NCBI RefSeq assembly: GCF_902459465.1
Contig: NC_047071.1
Span: forward strand, 10,354,001 to 10,418,000
From: Asterias rubens
Lineage: Eukaryota
DNA: 64,000 nucleotides
Direction: 5' to 3'
Shown: positions 12,601 through 24,000 of the stretch, one piece after another
Layout: each line of letters starts with the position of its first letter
Numbering within the stretch: the first letter of the stretch is position 1
Position numbers and translations under genes: made by a program
Notes under the pieces: model-generated
The model's input: the letters and a program-made list of their open reading frames with translations, nothing else
Database searches by the model: none
Told to the model about the DNA's origin: nothing

Positions 12601-15600
12601 CGGGCATAGTCGTGGTTTTGGCATCACCTTGGGCCTACACATCTAAAACTGACACTTCCTTCTTTATCTTTCTCCCCACAGGGTTTTTGTCTAGTATAGT
12701 GATTAAGTTCACCTTTCTGAGAGACCTTGGCTTCACAACCAGAACTAATAAAGAGCTTAATACACATCCGTGTAAGGGAAAAACCAAATCGTATGCTTTA
12801 TCCCCTAATGCAAAATCTATGAAATGCTAAGGATTCGTACTGCTTTTAGCCATCGACCATGCTCAGTGGTCTAGTGGTAAGACATCTGCTCTATGCAAAG
12901 GTCTTGGGTTTGAATCCCACCCGATTGTATTGCCTAAAAAATAAAATGCAATAAGAGAAACAGAATGATATCAAACCTCTTGTTGCTCCTTCAGTTGCTT
13001 CAGCTGTGCCGCACTCAGCTCAGTCGTTCCGATCATCCCAAAGGAATTAACTCCACTCCCAAGGCTCGATGTCGACGTCCCTCCACTTGCCCCAAACCCC
13101 CAATCATTATCCTCGACCCCCTCTAGTCCGGTCCCTGTACCCCCTACCCCAGCTACCCCAGGGAGCTTGGATGGTGTTGCCCCTCCGCCGACGGAGCTCG
13201 GAGCGATGATGGTGATCTTCGGAGGAGGGATTGCTGGACTCTCTCCGGGTCCGCTGTCTATCCAACGACTTTTACGTTTGCGTCCCTGCGACTGGCTCGT
13301 GGCTCCGGCTGAAACATCAAACACGCACAAAAAGTGAGGTTATCACAGTGGGCCCAATTTCATCACATGAATTCTGCGCTTGTGATCAACATTCTGCGCT
13401 TACTCGGGCAATTGACAAATTTCTGTGCTAGCTGTACATGCAAAGAACGTAACATGGCCTCCATTGCGCACAAGCAGCAATTCAGTGCTAACCTGTGAAA
13501 TACTATGTTGGTTGATGTGGCTGGCTGCTAAAAGTGCCTTTTAATTTTTGCAGCTTGACCACTTTGTCGCTGCATACTTCATAATTCAGCTTCTCAGAGT
13601 AGGGCATTTGGGTTCAAATATTTTTATTATCAGGCTTGACTGGAGACTATCTCTTGATTTAGACCACTCCCTTGTTCAAAGTATTTACCTGATTTTCTCA
13701 TTTCCTGAACAAAGCGTATCTTCTTAGCTAGTCTCAGCTCAACAAGTCTCTTCTGGTAGTACTTATGATCAAGACTGTCACTGTCAAACAGGAACCTAGA
13801 AAATAACAAGATTCATACAAAGACTCTTCTGTTACAATAAAGTATGTGTTACCTTATCGTCTTATCAGCCCTGGAATTTTATCTTTGAGGGGGCAAGGCT
13901 ATTTTTTATTAAAGGAACATACAGAACTGGTAAGAAAAAGTATCGTCTAAGATCACAGATTTACATCAAACTTACACGGTCTAATGATGATAGTAGAAAA
14001 ATCCCTTGAAATATTTCTGTCCCTAATTGTCATAATATTTGATGAGAAATAAATAAAACTAATTTCCTGTTTACAAGGAAGAGCTTATCAGTTGTATGCA
14101 GGATAGAGTTGTTTGGCGCGTCAGACATCAAGCCAGACTCGAACATGCGGCAACGTGACAACTTCGGTCGCCTGAGTGAGTGAGTGAATTTCCTGTTTGG
14201 AGTTTATCGCTCAGTGAGCGTTTTATTAATTTTTTGTAAAACGATGTCATGCAAAACATATTATCAGTTTTAACAATAAAACAATTCTGTAATGTTTCTT
14301 TTAAAAGCAAAGGGCACTTCCGTTTGAAAATCTCAAAGTCTATGAGAAACTTTTGAAGGGGCACCAATGGATATGACCTTGGAAATAGGAGATCCATAAT
14401 TCGGAAAAAGTGGGAGCCACATTGAAAATTGAAATTACTGAAATTAAGGTAAAAAAACAAAAATGACGAAGCTGCTGATTGCCTTGGTATGAACTTACTC
14501 AAACATAGGATCACGTTTGTGCTTCTTCTTGGCTGTCTCTTCAACTGTCAGTCCTCCCTCTGCAACCTCTTCAGCCAGTATGTTGATGGCTTGCAATAGT
14601 TCAGGATCTTCTGGCGGTAAGACTAAAGGCTCCTATAAGTATCGGCATTGGAGGTGGGAGGGAAAACGCCCGCAGGAAGAGCCGTACGTAAAGTCTTGCA
14701 ATTTGAACACATTAACCTTGATGTCTTTATTGTAACTTATAGGTTATCAAAGAACCCAAAACAAATTAACTTTGGTCTCAAGACTTAAGTGCCAAGTGGT
14801 AAAATAAGGAGAGATCTTTAGTTTTGACTTGATAGATTTTGCCATTAACCAACATTCAAGGAAAAGTTTACCTTTGGTTTTTGGAACCGTTTGGTTGTTT
14901 TAATCATATCGAAATGCAGATGTTTACAATAAAACTAACAATCTGGAGTGGTTGTGTCCACGCTGGAAGAATAATCCATAATTGGAATACACAATCTAAG
15001 ACAGTAATGCTTCTCAGTTTTAAAATTAACAGCAAATTTTGACACCCTTTTTACTAAATCTGACAAAAACTTTGGTTAACAGGGTTGTCTTCATTCAAGG
15101 CACAGCAGTGGACAATCAACTTACTTGCATTAAGCCCTTCTTCCTCTTCCTCATCTGAATCTCTGAAGGCACTTGGTTTGGGCACCGGTAACGGCATCTT
15201 GCGAGCTTGAGTAGGTGCTGCGCTGAAGGCTATAGGCTGGGCTGAGGTTGGGGCATACAATGTGGAAGGGGGCGGAGAAGTATCCGGTGCTGGATGCGGG
15301 GAATCTGGCAGTGGGATATCCTTTAGATCTAGAGTTTGGTTTAGCATTGGTGCACTAGAAATACTGGATCCTTTACACACACAAAAATAAGGGGAAAAAA
15401 TGACATGAATTTGATGGTAACCCCACATGTATAGTCCCAGGGAGCTGGGATGGTTTAAGGAATGAAATATATGGCCCAGTTACAAGGGGTATGTAATAAT
15501 GTCCGAAAAACATAACGATCCTTCTTTATAATTGCACAATACATGTATAAGAGTCAATAAACTGTGTGTTGCTTAACTGTGTTCTTATCCATGGCAGTAT

Positions 15601-16592
15601 TTCAGACATAAATTTTTAGACAAAAGATTTAAGCATTCAGAATTTTTTTTATACATTTTCAAACCATTCCTTGAAGCATTTCAAGCATTCTACACCAACC
15701 TCTAGTTTGTCCTGCACTCTGCTCTTGCATCTTGCGGAACTGCTCCAAGAAACTGCCGTCATTGGAGAAAATATTGCGTACAGGCGCGGGGGCGCTGGGC
15801 GGTGCTGCCGGTCGTGGCGGAGGTGCTGGTGATTGAACAGCTGGTGCTGGGGGACGTTGTGCAGCAGCCGGAGGTTTAGGTTGCCCAATGTTGCTGGAAA
15901 AAAAGTTATATTTTTTACGTTATTTGCCATTATCAGAAGTCATTCTTGAGAAAAAAAAAAAAAGATGCAGCGTGCCATAAATTGAGGAAAAGACCAACTA
16001 TTCTGCAGCGTGCCGTGGCTGAGCGGTTTAGAGCTCGGGACTCAAGCTCTGACATTTCTGATCACCAGAGTGTTGATTTAATTCCTCGTCATGGAATTTG
16101 TATCCTATAACTGGTTTGTCCTTCGGACTGGAAATTAAGCCATAGGTCCTGTGTAATAGAATTGATTGTGCTCATATGAAAGTGCCCGGAGCACACACCG
16201 TCGAAGAGTAGGGATTAACCCTGGTGTTTCTGGTTCACAAAGCAAGCACGCTTGTTTACAGGTTTCCTCAGGCTTTTTATCTAGTACTGTGATTAAGTTC
16301 ACTTATGAGGCATCTTTGGCTTCATTACCAAAAATTTATAAATGAAAGTACAAGAGACTAACAATTTTATGCTTCCTGTTGAAGTTTTCTTGGTAGTGCC
16401 AGCCTTGGCTGCCTCTTCAGCCTTCTGTTTCTTCTTTTCTGCCATTTTTCTTTGAATCTCTTGTTTCTTTTGCTCAATAAGACGCTCTTGTTCGCTGATC
16501 GACACCGCCTTAGACTGGCTCAGATCTGGCTGCTGGTTACCCTGGGCCTGGTAACCATGCCAACGAGCTCCTCCAGTGTTACGGAATGACAT
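9644..16592 (-). CDS. SUGP1: SURP and G-patch domain-containing protein 1 (splicing factor 4)
   Basis: Minus-strand exons 16363-16592 (ATG), 15700-15893, 15125-15370, 14499-14622, 13689-13795, 12977-13308, 12233-12416, 11524-11691, 11088-11172, 10360-10495, 9644-9670 (TGA); all phases join. Motifs: [17 protein letters not shown] ([22 protein letters not shown]...[13 protein letters not shown]), RKRKSRW, YDSDED...[23 protein letters not shown]-patch [19 protein letters not shown], and C-terminal [24 protein letters not shown]. The 14622 acceptor was chosen by phase; another AG lies just upstream. Confidence 0.97.
9790..10250. repeat. Degenerate minisatellite (~7 units of 60-75 bp) in the last SUGP1 intron
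   Basis: Recurring GTCACATTGTCA(T)..ATGTCTACAG...AGACCC...TTGGTTCCAGTTCT. Confidence 0.7.
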
Positions 16593-17497
16593 CCTGAAAG
16601 AATCTGGTCACAGCTAAAGACCATGTAAGGGGAAAAAATCATAATTTTTTTAGCCAATTTATTTTATTGTAATACAAAGATAAAACCATTCTCTTACGAG
16701 TGGTAGAAATATTCTTCTTGCGAAGGGATATGGGTGAGTGTCAATTTAGCCAGAGGTTTTTTTGTGTACTATTTCCATTCAAAGCAAAATATTATTTTCC
16801 TAGATACATTCACGCGCTTATTACGCAAGCATGTACAAGATGCGCAAAAACTTGGGAAGCAGAATCATTGATTCTGCTGAGCTGAGAGACTGAACACACA
16901 CATGTCAAAAACTTGAATGTAGATAAATAAAAAAATAAAAATGTGAAGTTGGGTTGGGGTTTCCTGCTGAAAATTAAATGAGTTAACTTATTAATAGTGA
17001 TAGTAGTTACTAGTAGACCCAAGTATGTTTAGTTTATATCTAGCCACAGTATAGGCCTACTTTATAACAATGCAAACTTTAGTTTTTATTTTAATTAATC
17101 AATAATTGAATAAATTAACATCACTGCATCGACTTCTTTCTTTTTTCAATCCATTATTTCACTTTCACTATGTCACACTCACATGGACATTGCAATGTTT
17201 ACATACACCACCAACATTGGCGGACATATTATGCCATTGGCTGTATGCACCGGGCCCACCACACAGTACACTCCTATCACGTCCGCCATCTGCAGTCAAT
17301 GCCCCATGCATGCTATGCTAGCTAGCTGTGCATTGCGTTGATTGTATTGTGAGTTGAAAAGGGTTGACATTTGCAATTTTGATCTTCGCCTGCTATAAAG
17401 TTTGAGGTTTGATTTGCACATATCACTGATATTATCAGGCATTTCTTATATTAATAATGAAAGTCTACTTTTTGATGAAAATGGCCGTTTTACTTAC

Positions 17498-17600
17498 TTT
17501 GGAAGAACTTTTTAGTTACTCAAATCCGAGAGCCTTCGCTGTTTACTCGATTGCGTGTTACGTGCCTCATTATTATGTCGCTCTTCGCTTCGTATCCGAA
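17498..17600 (-). other. SUGP1: Probable non-coding first exon of SUGP1 (5' boundary approximate)
   Basis: The SUGP1 ATG is preceded by an acceptor (TTCTTTCAG|G ATG, exon starts at 16593), so an upstream exon is needed. A consensus minus-strand donor AAA|GTAAGT (ACTTAC at 17492-17497) lies in the CpG-richer promoter zone. Confidence 0.55.
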
Positions 17601-17980
17601 GAAATTACTGTTTCAACCTACTGCCGCTAGAGGGCGTTTGTCGGAATTTCCAATCGCAAGCTAGCTGCACATAAATCATAACAAAATAATGCCAGATTTT
17701 ACAAGTAAGTGTTCAAAAACTGTTGACTGTAACAAACACGAGTCAAGTTTGATCATTACTTTATCAATCACAGCTTAAGATTGCGAGATTTTAAAAAACA
17801 ATCAAGCTAAAAAAACTGTTTTTCGTCACTTACTAAAGGCAGGATTTTTATGTTAATTTACTGATGCATTCTTAGTCGTACTTCGGATACGTTTTCGTCA
17901 TAAACCTCTCAAAGTCGAAGAAACGTGTTCAGCAGCACCAGCTCAGGCGGTGATCAGCAGTCACTTTAATTCTCTGCACA
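17560..17980. promoter_or_regulatory. Bidirectional promoter region shared by SUGP1 (-) and SMN (+)
   Basis: Divergent genes with 5' exons within a few hundred bp of each other, local CpG enrichment, a CTCF-like motif CCGCTAGAGGGCG (17624-17636), and an inverted 11-mer pair at 17591-17601 and 17881-17891. Confidence 0.7.
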
Positions 17981-18008
17981 GCAATTCTTGAAGTTGAAAT
18001 TGTTGAAA

Positions 18009-21000
18009 ATGAACCAAGCTTCTGCACTTGTCTTTCGTACCGAAAAGGTACATATTATTATGGTTTTTGATACTTTTTTACATTTGAGAATTATTGACAT
18101 TGTTGTTCTTCGACTATTCTTTGAACAATTGGAAGTTACTGCTTTTTTATATAAACGCCTTATTTATACCATTTTATAGGCCCCTATTTATTTTTTAAAC
18201 AATTTTATTAAATTTTAGGAGAATTTAAGCATTATTAATTTATTTGAAAAAATTTCAGTATCCTGCCACCACTTTTTAACCAAACAAAATCTCCTAAAAA
18301 TAGTTATTTGTGAACCCTTTGAATGATAGATTCTAACTAATATTTGGTCAGCCCCGCCCCTGTGCCGTCACTGTGTGTAGTGGCACTCATCATCATGTAC
18401 ATGGATGACATCTTTTTCATCTGCTGGACCAGTGCAGTGATGATGCAAGCCTCACACTTCACAGCGTTCATTTATCTCATAAATTCCTTCCACAGGCACA
18501 GGACCCTCAAGCTTACGAGCGACTCTCAACCAAAGATACCCACCCACCCGTGTCAGAGTTAACACTACAGATAATGGTTTAAAGGGACACGTTGCCTTGG
18601 ATCGGACGAGTTGGTCTAAAAAAGCGTTTGTAACCGTTTGTTACAAAATGCATAAAGATGTTGTACAACTTAAAGTAAAATATAATGATCCACACAAATA
18701 CGCCTTGAAATTGCATGGTTTTCATTTAACATCGTCGACTAACACGGTCGTCCATTTATGGGAGTCAAATTTTTGACTCCCATAAATGGCTGACCGTGTT
18801 ATTTTGCAAAGTAAAAAGGAAACCACAATTTTGAGGCATATTTGTGCAGATCATAGCACTCTACTTTTACATCTTACCAATGCATTTTATAACAAACGAT
18901 TTTTATAGACCAACTCGTCCGATCTAAGGCAACGAGTCACTTTAATCATAGGCCCAGTAACTGGGACGCTGTACTCCTATTTTTTTTTATTATGTTGTCA
19001 TTATCGGCCGTGCTGTACTTTTTTACTTTTTTCGAAACTTTGTTTATCGGTAGAATATACAACCATTTGGTACAATCGATAACAAAATTTTGAAAAAAGG
19101 AGTACAGTATGCCAAGGTGTGCCAGCTTAATCACAGATTCCTCCTTGGTTAAACACACAGATAAATATCAATTCTACATTCAACTAGCTGTCACCCTCAT
19201 TGCCTAATTCAGGGAGTTAGGACCTCAGACATCGTCAAATCTTTTCTGATGATTCTTATTTTATCCACCACTCACACAGGAACTTAAGAAGCGCTTTGTT
19301 TCCAGGGGTCATATCCCCCTAGCAGTCCATCGAGCGATCCAGAAAGTCAAGGCTCGTTCTAGGGAGTCAGTACTTTCCAAAGGACCCAAGCAACAACAGA
19401 GTTCCAAGGGGAAAGTTAATTTTGTTATGACTTTCCACCCCTGAACTTCCTCCCATACGAAGAATAAACAGTTCTAAACATCAAATTCTTCACACATCCG
19501 ATCGACTTCATCAAGGTGCGGTACAGGAAGAACCCATAGTTGCGTACAGACGCCCACCTGTTCATTAGAGTAGGGAGAAACTGTGGATAAGGCGCCTTCA
19601 GACCATTCAACCCCATGGTCTGAACATCCAAGAAGGAGATGACTTCTCCTTCTCCCCACAGATCCACTTTTCTAGCTTGCCTCATTTACTAATCAACTTT
19701 AGCCACCTCTTTCCATGCAAGGGCATCCTACACATACACAGTAGTCATATGCTTTATAAGTTCCGTTTGTGCTTGATGAGTTGATTGTGGTTGAGTTTGA
19801 AATGATGAATAATTGCAATTAACCCAACAGAACTGTCTAAGTCCAAGCATTCTTGGTAGAAGCATTGAGGAAGGAACCATGGTAAGAAGTGAGCTTGTAG
19901 GTGGGCAAACTGGACAGGTGCTGATTATTTTCTTTGTCTCTGTTTTTTGTTTCAGAGTGATGACAATGATGCATCTGATATCTGGGATGACACTGCCTTA
20001 ATCAAAGCATACGACAAAGCCATTAAGTCCATCCAGGTAAGACCATGTCCAGTGTTAAAGTAGATTCATGTGGTGAATGCATACAGAGTACACAGTCAAC
20101 CCTCCTACTGTATGTCCATTCAGTATCATCCATTGTAGTTTTGAATGATACAGACAATGCCAGGCTGCTGCATGTGGTCAATGCATATGTGCATGCACAA
20201 TGGGCCATATTTTTGACCGCATGAGGGCGCTCTCAATCACTTCCGGGGGTATATCATTGATCGCCATTATAACTCGTCAGTATAATGGAGATTAATGGGG
20301 TATATTTATTCATTCATACCCAAAACAGTTGTTAAAGATTGTTACACATTACCAACACAGACATCTAATCCAACATGGACAGTAAGACTTTTAAAAGGAG
20401 CTGTTATAATCCAACTCTAAAGCAAATTGAAACAACGGCACAACAAAACTGACAGAATGCCTATTAATCTGTGCAGGGCGAATCGCGTTTACTCCCGGAA
20501 GTGATCAAAATACTATTTATAGCGCCCTCACGCGGTCAAAAATAAGGCGCATTAGTCCTGTGCACAGTTATGCCACCATGCACAACCCATTAATTTGAAT
20601 GATTTCAAATGAAAAACATGACTAAGAGTAGGCGTAGGAGGGTTAATGTCAACACAATTTTCATTCTTTACAGGGTAGAGGCAGCAATGAAGAAAGTGGT
20701 GAGGTAGAGAATGGCAGAAGCAGTGCCAGTAATGCCAGCAGACGTCGCAAGAGGAAATATTACTCACACCACAAGATGAACCGGAAGAAACAAGGGGTGG
20801 GTTATGATTGTTTGTTTTGTTTGTATGTAACAGTTTGTAAAACAACAAAGACTTATTATTTTAAACAAGCTTTTTACTAAATGTGCTTCTATTTTTCCTC
20901 TCCTAATTACATATTTGTATCTATTGTCCTTATGTCAATGCATTTTTACAGGGCTGTTTATGTCAATGCATTTTTACCGTTATGTCAATGCATTTTAATT

Positions 21001-24000
21001 AACTGTTGTAGGCCTGCTACTGCATTTTTGTCAGTATTTTTACTGTTCTATCTACTGTCTTTATGCATTCTTTAATGTCAATGTTGTATCTACTATCTTG
21101 ATATCGATGCATTTTTAGTGTCTTCTGGCTTTAACTGTTTGGGAAGTCCTGTATTAAAAGCATCTTGTGATTTATTTTATGGATTGTGGTATTTTCTTGC
21201 TTTTACCAGATGTTACAACATGTAGCTTTTTAATCACTGACTAAATATTTTGTATGGATTTAATGGAATGGGCCCATTTAAGTTATAAAATTATTAACGT
21301 GCATTTTTCATCCAATTTAAGATACATAAGAAAAACTGTAAATGCGACAAATTACTAAAAAAAAATTCATATGATCCACACCTTGCAAAGCTTCAAACAT
21401 GTCAAACATCGCTTAAATTAGAATTAGAATTAGAATTAGAATTATTTTATTGTCCACGTTAAATGTAAGATGTTTTTCTGCATTAAGTTGTGTGCGAATT
21501 GAACCTTCAGGAAGCCCATGGCTCTTCTTGTAACCCGTTACATGGTACGTTGATTTTTATTAAAATATCACCAGTGGAAAGTCGGTGATCGTTGCCGTGC
21601 GACATACACGGAGGACGAGTTCATTTACGACGCCGTGATTAAGCTCATCGACAGTGACACGTCTACCTGTTGGGTGACGTACATCGGCTACGGCAATGAA
21701 GAGGAGAAAGAACTGAGTGAACTCATGTCTGCTGGATCGGAGAGTGCCTCCCCATCGAGACCAGTTAATGGAGACTTTGAGGTAGGTTCGGGATGAGTTT
21801 GACTTTACTGTAGATGGGGTGTCGTGGATGGGGGGGATAAGAGCACTGGACTCAAGGTCTGGCGTTTCAGTTAAGCAAAGTGTGGGTTCGAGTCCTGGTC
21901 ATCACACTTGTGTCCTTGAGCAAGACACTTAACTATTTGTGTTTCTCTCCAAGTAAATGGGTACCTGTGATGGCAGAGATAGTTATTGTGATTAGTTGCA
22001 CATACATGTATTTGTTGCGTAGGCTGCACACTCCTCAGAGAGCTGATGAGATGATTTAAGAAATGGCCTTGCCCTCTCAATAGACTGATCCAGTAGGCTC
22101 CACCCACGACGCACGTGTGAGCAAGAACATGTGGGGTTCTCCAATGCCTTTCTGCACAACTCTGCCGCACGCACCAAGCATACGCGCACTCATGTCGGAC
22201 CTTATTGTCGGACCTTTGTTGCGTTGTAATTGGTCAATATGCAATGGGGCGGAGCTTAATGGATCGGTCTATTAGATGAAACTCCATTCATGCATTTATT
22301 ATTTAAAATACCACAACAAAAACTTAGGACATCCAGAATTTTGTGAGTGTACAAAACTTTGAAATCTACCTTTTCTTTGTTTCTTCAACAGGCAGGCTAT
22401 GAATCAATGGACTACCCTAACCACACCCAAAGCCCCGCTCATTCTGGGTCAGAGTTCAGGGGTCAAAACTACAACTCGTATCAAGGTGCACAGGCCTGGC
22501 ACCAACCTCACTCCCAATTCATTCCGCCTGGCCCCCCTCGGATGCATTGGCCGCCCCATCCAATGGTGAGTTTGTTCTACAGTCAGACACGCACAATGTA
22601 CTACTGACCATGACCTATTTTCTGCGCTTACGTCACGTCAAGCATTTTTCATGGGTTAGCAGGGAACTTTGGCTGGTGGGCGTGCAGACTCCTAGGCATT
22701 CTTGCTTACACAGCTAGCGCAGAACTTCTGCGCTTGCCAGTTTTGCGCTTGCCTGCCAGTAGAAATTATATGCGAACTCCTAGGCATTCTCGCTTACACA
22801 GCTAGCGCAGAACTTCTGCGCTTGCCTGCCAGTAGAAATTATATAATTGTTATTTATATTTTCTATGTAATGTTCAAGTTTGTGTTATCTCTTGTATTTG
22901 TATGTGCTTTTGTAGGTTGTTTTTGTCTGGATCACCTTTAGATAGTGATTATTTCGCGTTTTGGTTATCTGCAGGCCCGTTCTCTGTAGTCTTATTTTTA
23001 GTGTTATTTTTCTGTGTACTGTTTGGAAATACCTGGAAATATATAAATAAAATTAAAAATAACAGGGATCGTAAGCAAAGAATTCAGTGGTAAGCAGAGC
23101 CATGAAATTGGGCCCTTGTCACGTTGCTTGTAAAATGAGTGATGTTGTGCATTCCAGGGCACTTCCTGGCAGGCATATGCCAAATTGTTGATGGTCTTAT
23201 TGATTGTTGCGGAAGGTCTTAAACGTTTTATTGTAACTCGTACAAATAAAAGTATTGTGAGACCAGTTTTCATATCAAAAAGTATAACAAAAATGTGTTA
23301 TTTTGGGGATTATTCCAGCAGTGTACATATTGTGCCAGCAGAAAGCATTTATTACCAGATTCACACACTACTTGTACTTTAAAAGCTAACATTTTGTCCT
23401 TTAAATCACACAGCAACCTAGCTTCACTCCACCGAGTATGCCTCCATTTCCTTACTATCCTGGCAGTGGGTTTATGCCCCAGGTAAATAAACATAATTCA
23501 CTCTTTGCAAGCAAACATATAAGTCATTTGTTAAAAGTTTTGCATTAATTATAGCATTTTAGCCTTGTTTTTGATGAACTTGCATAACAGTTATCTGTTT
23601 TTTGAAACACACATACATGTAGGCCTGCACACTTGCATTTTTGCATCCCTGTGGAGACATCTTTTGTTCTTTCATTTGTCCCTGTAGTTGATAAACTCCC
23701 ATAGATACAATGTATGTCCCCAAATTCATTGCGAGGGACCCGTCTTTAGCATCCCCCTATTGAGATTTTGTGTGTTCCCTTTTCTGTTTTTTTTTTCTTG
23801 TTTTTCTTCCATTCTCCATAAGGTTTTGTGAGTATGAAATCACACACTTAAAGTCACCTGGAAGTGGTATTTTTTCAAAATAAAGCTTTTGTCACTAATA
23901 TATGTGTTTTGATGAGTGGAATGTGAATAAACAGTTAACTAAGGTTTTAAAAAATCAGTTCTTATGTTATTTACAAATTTAAGAGTAGACCCCGACCCGA

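Noticed and set aside
14128-14544. 138-aa minus-strand ORF
   Set aside because: It is intronic read-through past the SUGP1 donor at 14499, in a different frame from the SURP exon.
21575-21781. Tyr instead of Trp at the first aromatic-cage position of the SMN Tudor domain (YTED versus WSED)
   Set aside because: As I recall, invertebrate SMNs such as Drosophila also have Tyr here, and the other cage residues are intact, so it is not unusual.
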